Assembly: GCA_964023285.1 (NCBI GenBank) | Contig: CAXIEN010000102.1 | Location: forward strand, 2,935,528 to 2,999,527 | DNA length: 64,000 bases | Reading direction: 5' to 3' | DNA from: Larinioides sclopetarius | Lineage: Eukaryota | Shown: positions 1 through 13,299 of the stretch, piece by piece | How the letters are laid out: each line of letters begins with the position of its first letter | How positions within the stretch are numbered: position 1 is the first letter of the stretch | The notes under the pieces: model-generated | Databases searched by the model: none | Seen by the model: only the letters and a program-made list of their open reading frames with translations | What the model was told of the DNA's origin: nothing | Program-made: the position numbers and the translations under genes

Positions 1-819
1 AATAATATTTAAAATAAAATATTTCTTTATTTCTATTCAATTATTTAATTCCTTTCTATACTTATTTAGGGAAGAAATCTTCACAAAATTTGCTAATAAG
101 TCATAAAACTTTTTTAAAAATACAGAAAATTTTAATACACGAAGAAAAGTAACTGAAAATTAAAATAAACGAAAAAATGTTAAATTTAGTCAAACCTGAT
201 AGGAATTTCATTTTATTATTAATAATCCCAAAATTTGTCATATAAAATATACTTTGAGCGGTAACCACAACTACATTTAACCGTCTCAAGCCCATTTAAA
301 TGTAAAGGAATATTTTTAATATAATATAAGCTAGCTACTCTAACCAATTTTACTCATTACTGCCCTTACCACCTCGCTTCGTCGAGGCTCTAAGCCTCTA
401 CTTTATTCAGATATAATACTGCACGAAGATCAGTGGAACAGACCATAAAATCATAGTATAATTCATACTCTTTGTAGACTACAGATTCCTTTAAAATAAT
501 AAAATCATTCAATAAACCTCATCTAGTTGTAATGTTTGCACAATTTTCTCCCGATTTTTGGAGTGAAAGTTTTCAAACCCATAAACAGGAATGGAGTCAG
601 AGTTTGCCCAACGGGAGGTCTCGACCAGCCGTACGGGAGATGAGCGAACTGAAACTGATCTCAAATTTTCGCCAAATTATTTACTGTCAACTACAATTGA
701 ATATCCTGCACAAAAATTTTCCCCGACAGGGAAGCAGATAATTCTTGACGGTGGTCCCTGCCTCCAGCCCCCGTCCTTACTCTGGCGCCAACTATGTCCA
801 TAAATAAAAATAAATTTAA

Positions 820-1049
820 ATAAACTATTATGATTCCGCCATCGAAAAGCTTTCTTCTATATAATTATATCAGTGAGATGCATCAGCCTGTACATATAAC
901 GCTTATTTTTATTTAAACGTAAACCATTTTAATAAACAGCATCGCATTTTTTTCTTATATTTTAAGCAGTATTGAAGCTATGCTTTATTATAGAAACAAA
1001 GAAATGCTTATAACATGCATGCAAATTGAATCGAAGTAACCTCATATAG

Positions 1050-1081
<32 letters not shown>

Positions 1082-1565
1082 GTATTAAATTTTATGCAAC
1101 ATCGAAACTGAGAAATACTAATCACAAATATTGCGAAATTTCGCAAGATTTATGACAAAAACGGAATAGCAGCACCGCCTGTTGAGCGATTTGAACCAGA
1201 CTCCAATCAGCATTAACTTATGTTAGGGTTAAACTAAATAAAAATTTTCATGAAATTCTTCCCATTAGTTTTTCTTCTAGAGCGGCCACAAAATTTCGCA
1301 AAAATTGTGAAAAAACAAACAAGCAGATAGCAGCGCCGCCTTTCAGACGATCTGCACCAAAATCTAATCAGTGTTAATTTTTGTTAACACGCTACTATAT
1401 ATAAAAATGTATGCAATTCTGTCCAGTACTTTTTGCTCTAGCGTGGCTACAAAATTTGTGTCACACACACCCCAAAACGTATAAAAAACCATTAGAAAAG
1501 GCAGTCGAAAATTTTCACGATTCCAACACTTTCTTCTTATATACACATAGAAGGAAGTAAAAGGG
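820..1565 (+). repeat. Dispersed repeat, copy 1, with an internal ~160-bp minisatellite of 2 units (about 1140..1465).
   Basis: Collinear similarity to 8610..9725, covering the flanks and the units containing (G)GAATAGCAGCGCCACCTGT. Confidence 0.7.
1057..1079. repeat. (TA)n microsatellite.
   Basis: Uninterrupted TA dinucleotide run. Confidence 0.9.
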
Positions 1566-3087
1566 AAACAGAATCGCTTCCAATTGATTTTAAATTGAAT
1601 ATTAACGAGAAAAAAAATTGTGTGTTTTTTAGCAAAATTATCTGCTATTAATATTATTATTATGTAGAAGTCTTAACAAAATTGCCTGGAATTAAAATTC
1701 AATTAGAATTAAATGCAACAGAACAACATGTGAATTTAAAAAATATACATTAATTTAAACTTAAGAAGATAGAGCGGAACATTCTGATACGTTGGTTATT
1801 TGAAAAGAATAAAAAAAAAAATTGCCGAAATCAGTTCGTTTTAGAGCTCAGGTACACGGTACTGTTTTGAAAATAAATATCCGTTACTACTGTTAATATA
1901 TATTCAGCTTATATTTAAATCTCTCTCCAAAATTGAATGTCAGACGACCACGGATAACATATCTAGATATATTAGCTTTAATTTGTAATAAGTATCACAT
2001 TTCGTCAGATGCTTATTTCTGGCGAACTTTCCATATTTTTCAAAAATAGAAAACGCATAGTGAGAAAGAGTTTTTTCGATTTGATCCTTGACAAATAGAT
2101 GTCACACACTTTCTATGAAATAAAAATTATCGAAATCGATTGAGGCCGGCGACTCGGGAAAATTTTTACCAAATTATAAAACCTTATATCAATTCGCCCT
2201 CCTCACGATTTTTGGAATACTTTTTTCAATTGAAAGGTTATGACGTCTATATGTCGGCAAAGATCGGTGTCCACTCAACTTTCGCCAGTTTCGAATGAAA
2301 TCGGAATAAACATTTATAAAACATATGTCGGAAGAGTTTTTTTTTTCATATCGTTCGAAAATGGGAGGTTGATGGGCGTAAGTTGACCTTTGGCAATATA
2401 TCTAGATGTCATAAGCTTTCAATTAAAAGAAAAAAAAAACGAAATCGGACGCTGGTTGAGACTCATTTAAGGTTTTATGTCCGAATTATTTCAAGGATAT
2501 AGATACCATATGAATATCAGATCTTAAAATGAATTTATTTCAGGAATGAGATTGTCGCAATATTCTCAAAAATTTAGTACCAGAAATCAAAGTCTAGAAA
2601 GTTTATTAAAATATTCCAAAGACAAATTAATAATTCACTTTTAATCAGAAGCAACCTTATGCCTTGTGGGGCCCAATTGGCAATTATTTTTAGTTTATTA
2701 CTTTTTTAATCATCAAAAGATTTAGAGCAAAGAAAAAATCTCAGCACGCGCGATTGCCTCCTTAACATTCTCATTTACTAACAGAAATCTTCGCATTTGG
2801 AGCTTTGTACTACAATGAAAAGAAAATCGAGTTTGCATTTTGGATGTCTTACTTCGGGCCATCTGGTATCAAAATTTATTACATATCTATAAATTTGATA
2901 AATAGGCAATATACAAAATTTTTAACATATTTGTAATTTCGATGAATAGACAATATACAAAACATGTGAAATATTAGAGAGTATACAAAATTTCAACGAT
3001 ATAGCTTGTTGGGTTTTGAGTTGTAGTGTACCGTTCTATACCCCCAAAACGACAGAAAGTCATCTCTTTAATGGACATCTCCTAACA

Positions 3088-3104
3088 CACACACACACAC
3101 ACAT
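3088..3104. repeat. (CA)n microsatellite.
   Basis: acacacacacacacac. Confidence 0.85.
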
Positions 3105-6100
3105 TTGATACAAATCCACAAATCTGAGAATATAATTAAATATTGAATTTAATTCTTTCTTAATTATTGTGTTCACATGGAAGGGCTAGGCAGATAGACT
3201 TCCTATTGACGGATTTCACATCTAAAATCTTAAAGAAATCTGCAATTTTAGTAGTATTATAACTAGATGCTAAATTTCATTCTTCTATCTCCTGAGTTAT
3301 GATGTTTACAAATTCATGGAAAAATTTAATAAAAAAGTGTTTCTATGTTATTTTATTTATTTTTTTATTCAGGGAAACTTAAGAGAGGGAATTTTATCAA
3401 ACTCTCGAATTTTCTCGTAATTACGATATTTTCTCTTTCCAAACGATAAAACCTCCGTTGAATTTTAATTATGAAATATAATAAAATTTTTAAATTTTAA
3501 TTTAAAGTGCTGAAATTGGATAAATTCTGCTAAGAATACTAAATTCACTGACTTTCTTGGAGAGACTTAAAAGAAAAAAGGAACATAATTACAAAAAAGT
3601 TTCGCCTGCGTGATTATTTCTATGCAATACAATACCTATTTTTTCAGTTGCATTAATATACACATTTAGAAAGCGATTATATCAAAAGGATTATTCATTA
3701 AAAAATGCTTGGTAATATTTTTTTTTATTTCTAGTGTACTTCTTGGAATAAAAAAGTTCCAAAGGCGGAACATAATCTTTCAACTATGTTCCGTCATCTA
3801 TTCCTTAAAATAGAACGTCATCCGACGTTATCTTAATATTTATGCGTTCAGAGACATTTCATTCTCACTAACAAAAATCGTCGAAATTTCAGTTGAAGAT
3901 CTTATATCAATTATTATATGTAAGAGGGTATATATGCTTCTCGAAGATATAAAATTTGATGTACGGATTTCGCATTTATGCAAATCAGAAACTGAGTTCA
4001 TAAAAAAGCAGCAGAAATATATTTATTTTTTAAGTAATTTTTGAATAGCAAATAGAAAATGTACTATTATGTGATAATTGGCAACTTCATAACTACAAGT
4101 CGGTATAGTTAAAATAAATTAATTATGTCTAAACTCAGTTCAAAATTAACATAATATGTGAGTAAATTTCGATGATGACAATTAATTCATTTTCATTTTA
4201 GAATATTTAAAAAATTGAGTATTGAATGCCATGCAACTTAGAAATCTAGAAAAGGCACGTTTTTCTTTCCAGTATAAAGAGTCGTTTAAATATAAATTAC
4301 CGGCCAGAAATAAATATAAATGAGTTAAATTATGACTGTAGAATTTTAAAACTCCATAATTTTTATATAAAACTTATGCATATTATTTAAAATACAAGTA
4401 GAGTAAACATCAATGCTTGCTAATTAAAATGGAAAACAATGTCCTGACTGTACAGTGGAGTGGAAGTTTGGAGAATGGTGTCCAACTTTAATATACAAAA
4501 GTATAGCTTTAATATACAATTTTTCCAACTTTTAATATACAAGTACAAATAAATGCTGCTTAAAAATTGGAAATTTATTTAATATAAAACAACAGTATAA
4601 AAAATAGTAGTCCTCGGCTAAGTTTGAAACTACATCATTGACGTTCTTTTATCTAGAACTTTCGATTATTTTTGTGATAAATTCTGGAACTATTAACTGA
4701 ATCTCAAGTAGAATTTTAAATAAGCTCGGTTAAGAAGCTTTCCATATCATAGATTTCTGCTTTGTGTGTGTTTTATAAAAATAAACTTCAATTAATACAT
4801 AGAGAGAGAAGGAGTAAATGTGTGTGTGTAGTGAAATGTTTATAAATATACATAATATAAAAAAATTATAATTACTAATATTAATGTAACTAATCGTTCT
4901 TTTTCTTGTATCGGATGTATATTTGCACAGAGAAGAATGTGTCCGTTTCTGTTATGTTTATTTGAACGCATAATATTCTCAGTAGCTTATTTCCCCCCTT
5001 CAAGATAGAGTTAATCTAATTTCCAGGACAAGTTACGCAATTCTATTATTGTGTTGCAAAACATTTATTTCCTTTTCTTTTAAATATAGTACCGCGCGTA
5101 CCCAAGAAAAATCCCCACTTTCTAAATAATAAATAGCGCGTTTTTATTTTTTAATATTTCGTCACAACTTTGAAGAAGAGATGTGATTATTGGTTTCTGC
5201 AAAGAAAAATTATGTAAATAGCTATAAATGCTAGAATAACTCCCAATTAAATAGTTTTGCATACATTATATTTAATAAAATCATCATATAACTTATTTAA
5301 AATTAAACCAATAAATTTATTATTGATGAGAATTACCAAGTGTAAAGAGAAATGAGATAGACTTATGTTCTTTGTATCATGTACGAGTGCTGTTGATTGT
5401 AACCGCCCTACCAAGCAAGGAACTGCTAAAAAAGAATTGCATTAAAAGTTAATTAAAAAAACTAATACTGTTTCAACTAAGAATTAAAAAGAAAATGAAA
5501 GAGCACTTTTACGCGTTTTCTCAAGTAAGTAAAAAACTTTTTTTTATTGTCCGAGGGCTAGGTTTCCTATGGCCCTTTTTAATTTTTCTTGAACATCTGA
5601 AAAACTCTTCTCTTTTCACACTACATGTTTATAAAAAATAAATAGTCAACAATTCCCTACAGTTTCCAGCTTTCATTTTTCTTCAAGTTTTTAACATTTT
5701 TGGAGATAATGTTTCTTAACTAGTTTTTCGTTTTCAGTAATTTACAACCCCCGAACCGCTAAAACCGGAGTGATATTACTTTAAAAAAAACTTTTTACAA
5801 TATTCATTCAAGCAATTTCAATGGTTGAAACATTATTTTTGATTAACCTTTAATTGTTTCTAACAATTCTCGGACGTCCTGAATTTTTGCTGATTAAACG
5901 TCGTTTGGGACCCTATGTCCTACGGTAATTTTCATACTCTTGATACCTACTATCACTTCTTAAAGTTTTGACCATCTTTTATGAAACACCCTGTATATAA
6001 ATTACTGGAGTATTGTCGTGGCTTTAAAGCTTTGTCGTCAATAGTAAATACTGATGTGTGAGCGTTGATTATCCGAATTTCAACTATTTTAAATTACAAT

Positions 6101-8609
6101 TATAGACACTCTTTCTCTTTAAAATTTCTAATAACAGCTACAAGTCTTATGTCTGGAGAAAGGACCAGGTAAAATTGTCCATATAACAATATATATTTTA
6201 AATCTACCTATAAGCTAATACATTTGATAAAAACAGTCGTCGGTATAGTCGGGAACATCCTTTAATTTTTCGGTGAATAATTCTGAACTATAGCCGATTC
6301 CGAGTGGTAAAAATAGTCGATGCTCTACTATAAAATTAGATTGATTAAATGTTCTTTAAGAAATTTTTCGGAAAAGTTTCAAATTAATTCACAATATATG
6401 CTGCTATTATTTTCTCATTTTGTTTTTGACAATTTCGGGCCCCCTCTATTTTTTTATTAAATTATTTGTTTGGCCCCGAGAGATTTTATTTGTTTTTTTT
6501 AAGAAAACAATTTACATTTATTAATAGTCAAAATTGTTAGAATCATTCTCAAATATAATTTGGCATAAATTATATTAATCAAATCATATTTTATTTAAAA
6601 TTAAATCAAGAAATTTATCATTGATGATAATTACCATAGATATAAACTAATTTATATAGATATATATACGCCACTTTTTCTGTGCGCTCTTCCAAGTCAG
6701 AAACCTACTTTTCCCCTTTCCTTTCCTCTTGCAGAAACTATACAATAAAAGTTCAATTCCTGTCCATCCGGTTATACCCTTCGAGGTCACGTTTCTACTC
6801 CTTGTAGCCGAACTCATTTCGGGGAAAAAGGGGGCGAGTTTCTTTGAACATGGGTGCGCACATTATAAACATATAAGATGCTGCGCATAAGGGTTACCAT
6901 AATTCCAAGACAAAATACAGATTTTAAATAAATTTTGCAGTTTTTTCCTTTAACAAAACGTTTTATTCTTTGAAAACTTTTCATATACACTTATCTTCCT
7001 CAAAAATAAACAATTTTAACTCTAATTGCAATATTTCTGTGCAACGCTATAACTGATTGGCATTTAGCGCCATCTGTTGTAGCCGCTGCAAAATTCAGTT
7101 AAAGAAATTTCGTGTTGACTTCCTGTTAATTTGAGATTTAAAAAAAAATATTAAGACCATTTTGAATAATTTGGAGTTTCATACGTTAATTATGGCGATA
7201 TGTTGGACCATTTTACTAAAATTATGTGCTTTAATTCTTCGTATTAACGGTACTGATATGTTTTTTGTAAAATATATGCTGTAGACATCCAGCTTAACTG
7301 AAAAGAAGTGAAAAATACCAAATGAGAGTTGCGCCAAGTTGTTCCTGCCAACTTTGATTTTGCATCATTCCTAATGGTCTTTCACCTCAATAACTCATCA
7401 AGCTAGAAAAATTAAATTTTCACTGATCAATGAAATCTCATTCATTCCACTTAAAAACTTTGTTATACACAGATAATTTGCTAAAAAGAATTTTTAAATT
7501 AGGTTATAAACACTAGAAATAAACAAAAAATGACTTAATAATAAACTTATTGACTTTAACAAGTGTTGATAACTTTAATTTTCACTCAGAAACACTTCAT
7601 TTGCAACAGTTTCTTGAAACTCCAAGTCCCCTTAAATTGGTGACAAATTCTATTACAGGGTGACTACAGAAGCTGTGAAAAAAATTTTCCTGATTCACGG
7701 CTACCAAATACATTAGTTTCCTGGCTTTCTTCCTGCTCAGAATCACTATATATGCATAATCAAAAACAATTTTACCAGTTATTTAATATGAAAAAATAAT
7801 GTATTGTTATACAATTTAATTTTTTTAAAAATTGGAATGAACACACCTAAAAAATTATTATATAAAACAGTATATTACATTTCTTACTTATAAAAAGTAC
7901 TGGAAATTTTAAGAAAATACTTTGTTTCTAAAACTGTATAAGAACTCAATGAATCCTGCATAGTTTTTATTGAAAAATTTAAAATCTCTATATTTTTTAA
8001 TTTTAAATAAATAATTTGAATGCTTATTTCTGTATTAAAGTCTAAAGATTTTTTTTTCAATGTCTAAAAAATTTCACCATGCAACTTTAATTTCAATCAA
8101 AAAATTAAAAAGCGTAATATCCCCTATGAATCAATGTCTTTGTGTTTCTTTTATCTTTAATAGTTTCCAAGGTAATTTAATCTCAAAATTTCCATTATCT
8201 TTGTATTTATTCTCCTTATTTTGTTTTTCATAAATATCTGAAAAACTACTGAAACGAAAAAACAAAAGTACGTTACTTATGAAAAGTTCCATTATAATTA
8301 ATTTGTTGTATAACATGTAAATGAAAACTAAATAGTTATGGGGATACTTAAGAAAAAAAAACTAAATTGGTGGATAAATCTAAAATGGCAGCAAAATTTA
8401 AGACCAATTATCTTGGAAAGTATTAAAGCTGCAAGAAAAATAAAAGCATTTATTTTTAAGGAATTTCAAGCCTTTTAAATTGTTAAATCTACTGTAATTT
8501 TAAAACAAAATAGTATTGAAGAAAGATTAAAAAGGAGGTTGAAATTCAAGATGGCATTGCGAGCTCCCAAACCAAAGAGATTTCAGTATGTTCACCTCAA
8601 AACCCCTCA

Positions 8610-9725
8610 TTAAATTAGTATGATGTGGCCATCACAAAACTTTCTTTTGTATAATTATATAATTGGGATTCATCAGAATCTATAGATATAATGCTTATTT
8701 TTATCCAAAACAAAAAATATTGATAAACTGCAAAATATTTTAAAGCAATGTTGCAGCTATGCTTTTTATCATAGAAATAGAGAAGTGCTTATAACATGCC
8801 TGAAATTCGAATCAAAGCAACTTCATATAGTATAATCTCCTGCATTAAATTTTATGCAATTTCAAAACCGTGATATACTAATAAAAAACATTGTAAAATT
8901 TCGGAAAATTTATGAAAAAAACACAGAATACAAGCGCCACCTGTTGTGCGATTCGCACCAAACTCCAAGCAGCATCAATTTGTGTTAGGATAAACATAAA
9001 GTTTTGTGAAAATCTGCCAATTAGTTTTTCCCCTAAAGCAGCCAAAAATTTTGCAGATTTGTGAAAAAGAAATGGAATAGCAGCACCATCTGTCTAACGA
9101 TCTGCACCCAAATCTAATTGTTAATTAATCGTCAAGCATTAATTCTCTACTAAATATACAATTTTATGAAAATCTATTTATTAGTCTTTGTTCTAAAGCA
9201 GATACAAAATTTCTCAAATCGTGGAAAAGAAACGGAATAGCAGCGCCACCTGTAGAGCAATCCGCACTCAATTCTAATCAGCGCCAAATAATGTTAAAAA
9301 GCAACTAAATATAAAATTTCATGAAATTCTGCCCAGTACATCTTGCGCTAGCACAGCCACAAAAATTATGGAAAAAAACCTGAATAGCAGTGCCACCTGT
9401 GACCTGCATTAAATAAAATCAGTGTTAATTTTTGTTATGATGCTCCTCAATATAAATTATTTTGAAATCCTATTTATTTGTTTTTGTTCTAGAGCAAATA
9501 CAAAATTTCTCAAAAATCATAATAAAACGAGAGTAGCAGCGTTACCTGTTGAGCGATCCACATCAAAATCTAATCAGTACCAATTCATGTTATGATACAA
9601 CTAAATATAAAATTTTGACCAGTATTTTTTGCGCTAGCTCCGCCACAAAATTTGTATCACACAGTAGAAAATTTTCGTGCTTCCAATACTTTCCTCATAT
9701 ATACAAATAAAAGAAAGTAAAAAGA
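8610..9725 (+). repeat. Dispersed repeat, copy 2, with an internal minisatellite of ~5 units of ~150-170 bp (about 8900..9665).
   Basis: Each unit has a conserved core: AATAGCAGCGCCACCTGT / AATAGCAGCACCATCTGT / AATAGCAGTGCCACCTGT / AGTAGCAGCGTTACCTGT. 5' and 3' flanks match copy 1 at 820..1140 and 1465..1565. Confidence 0.7.
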
Positions 9726-12390
9726 GTATCAATTTTTAAAAATATATATCAGTTAATGTTTTTTTCACCCCATTAGAGGCTTTCGTTGACTTGAAAATCC
9801 TAAATTCCTTTCCCTAAATGCTTCCTTTCAATTGATTTTTATTCTTGATACATCCGGTTTTCTTTTCTTTATACCGCCAATAAACAAACTTTATGTCTAT
9901 GTTTTTTTTTGTTGATATATTATATTCAACATCCAAAGTTTTGCAAAAAGAATGCATTTATTGGGAGAATTAAGTACTTTTAAAGGTGCTTAAAAATGGT
10001 TTTAAATAATAAGCACCTTTTAATAACGCTATGCACCCTGCTATTCCCTTTTTCAAGTTTACAATACAATACAATGAGTATAAAAATAAAGAAGAATACA
10101 GGTTTAAAAAAGAATAAACTCTCATTAAAGCAACATTATATAAAGCAGTTTCAGACTTCAATTATTCAGTTTTATTTGTGCTCTTAATATACATTCATAA
10201 TAATCAAGATAACAAGCTTCATATAAAAAATAACCTTCTAAACAATCATTTATGTATATAATAGTGAATTATACACCAATAATAAGCATATTTCATAATT
10301 ATAGACAAATATTTTAAATCTTTATATCTTATCAAAAGGTATAACTGAAAAGTCAACCAAAAATAACTAAAATTAATATTGTATAAAATCATTATTAAAC
10401 AAATACAGAGTGAAATTATATGTCAAATACATTTTTTATGCTAAATAAACTTATCTCAAAGTATTAATATGAAAGATCCATAAAGATAAATGAGAATTAT
10501 CTTTATGCGTCATGGAATTGTAGAAAGAAGTATGTGGAAATTTTGTAACTTCAAATTTCATTTGATTCTCAATATCTCACTGTCGCAATTTGCAGACTCT
10601 ATACCACACTGTCTAAACACTTCAAATGACACATAGTTTATTTTTAAAATTTGATTTTAAGTATATTTGGGACAGAAAATCCAATTTTCTCAAAACCTGA
10701 ATTTGTACACGGCCACTCTTGCAGTTATATATATGACATGATCTAATAAATATAAAATTCTAAGAAATTCTTATTTGGAAACATTTCAAAAAATCTTCTG
10801 TATTATGCAGCAGCTATTATACAAATAGCTGCACATAAATGGTTCACAATACAATCCGTTTTCAAAATATTTAGTTAACAATGTTATGCTGCATAAAATG
10901 CAGCTATAACTGGACTACAAATGCAGAAAAAAGAAATAAACATTTTTGTTAATTTCCAACATTGACTTTTAAAATTGTTCTAGTGTATTAATGTAGATAA
11001 GCTTTCTATCCTAAAAGTTTTTTTAATGCAACACAACTATGCGATTCATTTATTACACAACACTGTCAAGGAATGCAAACAAAATCCAGAAAACGTAGAA
11101 GAAACAACTGAGATAGTCGTTTTTGCTACATAAAATCGAACATATTACTAGAAAAGTATATGTATTTCGAATGCGTCATGTTATTTTTTTTATTATCACA
11201 CACATAATAATGCAATACATAAAAATTCACATTTCAAACCTAATTTAACAAAGATATAAAAAACCATCATACTATGCAGCATAAATTCAGAACCATTTTA
11301 ATAAGTAGATAAAATCCTGAATTCAAAAATCAACATATACTTCAGTTAATATAAACAATATTACGATAAAATTACAAGAATACTGTAAACAGCATAAGTA
11401 TGTATTAAAGCCTTTTAAATTATAAGAGTCAACCAACTTCAAGAGGAAAACCAAAACACAGACAATATACATACTTTAGTCTATTCTTAAATATGGTAGC
11501 AAGCATAGACTATTTAGAAAGAAATTAGTTGTTTTATCTAATTAAAAATTCACCAAAAAATAGAATTTTCACTTGTTTCATATTTTATCGGTGAACTGCA
11601 TTTTCCAAACTTTATGTATATTTGGGGATCCTGAATAGCAAAAATTTTAAAAGCTCTGCTATGCATTATTAAGTACATAAAATGACTATAATCATATCTG
11701 GCACTTACAAGAAATTTCAAAAGGCACTATACAAATATCAACAAGAATATGTATACATTGGATATAAAAAAAAATCTTGAACACAAAAACAAAAATTAAC
11801 AAAATGCATTTATTTATAAGCTTAGTTATAAAAAAATAATAACTAAAATTAGGAACCAATTTCAAGCACCAAAAGCAGATAGTCTATGTAACAAGATGAA
11901 CTTTCAGAAAAAAAAACAAGAAAAAAACAATTTTTCCCTTCTTAAATGTATTTACACATATATTGTGGATTTTTTTTCAAAAATAAAAACATTATATATA
12001 TATATATGATGCAGACAAACTGAAAAATAGCTTATTTTGAAACAAAGGCAGCATTAACAGCAAAAAGATTTTTCAATCTGTCTGTGACAAATATATATTT
12101 ATATATACTAAACAAGTGGTCTAATCAATGTAAGCTTCCAATTAATCACAGTTTCTTTTACACTGAATCAATTCTTTCATTCAGTTAATACTGATTTTTT
12201 TGTCTTAAAGTCCTGAATAACATTGAAATGTACTAATTCACAACAATAACATGTAATATTTTAAAAAGCAATGAAAGCATCTAATCAAAGAAATTCTTAT
12301 GCAAATGAACCAAACTTGTTTTAATCAAATAGGGTGGTATATGCAAAAAGAAAATGGAAGGAACAATCTCTACTTCTCAAACGGGGATGT

Positions 12391-12540
12391 TTATGAATCT
12401 TCACTATCCTTTCGTTGTCTCTTAGAGGGTGGCATCAGCGCACTGCCAAGAAAACCTTGTGCAGTGTTGAACAGGTTAATTGGGGTATTGCCATCTGTGA
12501 TTAAAGCAGATTGAATTCCAAGGCCTTGGAGGAGTTTAAC
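12391..12540 (-). CDS. MVP: MVP terminal coding exon ([49 protein letters not shown]). TAA stop at 12393..12391.
   Basis: Acceptor ttgtttcag. Aligns to [34 protein letters not shown]. The 3'UTR continues toward lower coordinates. A candidate AATAAA (plus-strand tttatt) lies near 11810. Confidence 0.85.
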   Translation of the reverse strand, partial: VKLLQGLGIQSALITDGNTPINLFNTAQGFLGSALMPPSKRQRKDSEDS

Positions 12541-13059
12541 CTGAAACAAACATACTTAATTCAGAAATATATGTTACAGCCATAAATTTAATTCCTAATA
12601 AAGCAAAATATTATTATAAAACTTAAAAATAAAACCTACTTCCAAATTTAATTTAAATTGGAGCAGAAATACAATAAGGACCATTTCTTAAATTTTATTA
12701 CATACAAGAAATTACACCATAACATTTAGAAGGTTTTAAAAATTGAACAAACTATTATTTCCCTCTCTAATCACTTTACTTTTTTTTTACACAATCGCTT
12801 TCAAGTAAACTTCATTTAAATTTTTCAAAATTTGAATGAAATTTAGTATTAAATTATTTAAATGGTAAGCAATCTTTTTTTGATTTCAAGATCACATAAA
12901 TTGTTCACATTATACAAGATTCTCAGATTTTGATATAGCAAGAAAAGAGAAACCAAAGGATCATCCTAACCTTTTAACACCTAGCATCCCCATTTGAGAA
13001 GATATACATTTTCTGTTTCATGGATAAATCAAATACATATCACTGTTGTTTTTTTTTGC

Positions 13060-13270
13060 AATGCAGCAACTAGAAAAATCTCACATTCTTTCTAACAGTG
13101 GACTATGGGGAGGATCGTCAACCCCGAATTTTGTGAAAGAATGGAGGACTTCTTTCCTAAAGGGACATCGTGGATGGCTTATTTTTACAAAAAGGGCGGA
13201 TCTATTTAAGTGAAAGGGCAGGCAGGGCGGATTCCATGAAGTCAATAGATTTTCTGAAACAGTTTTCAAA
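13060..13270. repeat. Dispersed GC-richer repeat, copy 1 (motifs TTCTTTCTAACAGTG..GGGCAGGCAGGGCGG).
   Basis: Collinear similarity to 50130..50365. Confidence 0.6.
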
Positions 13271-13299
13271 GGGCATAAATCAATAGTCAGCTAATGTCT

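Noticed and set aside
101-295. Numerous 60-110 aa ORFs in AT-rich stretches (for example 101..295, 8131..8316, 9970..10187, 24242..24823, 29159..29666, 47166..47489).
   Set aside because: They are low-complexity K/N/I/F/L-rich translations typical of AT-rich non-coding DNA. Several overlap intron sequence adjacent to real exons.
360-400. Short dyad CCTCGCTTCGTCGAGG, considered as a tRNA or snRNA-like structure.
   Set aside because: No cloverleaf, no A/B boxes and no flanking conservation. Only a 5-6 bp stem.
532-803. Overlapping plus-strand ORFs in a locally GC-richer segment.
   Set aside because: No recognisable protein motif and no splice context. It sits in a repeat-rich intergenic region, so I cannot support a coding call.
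8900-9665. Regularly spaced ~160-bp units with a conserved core, considered as a CRISPR-like array.
   Set aside because: This is a spliceosomal-intron-containing eukaryotic locus. The units are long, diverged and contiguous, with no repeat/spacer alternation, so it is a minisatellite inside a dispersed repeat.
12299-12514. Plus-strand ORF (71 aa) overlapping the MVP terminal exon.
   Set aside because: It is antisense to a well-supported MVP exon and has no recognisable domain. I treat it as a shadow ORF of the minus-strand coding sequence.
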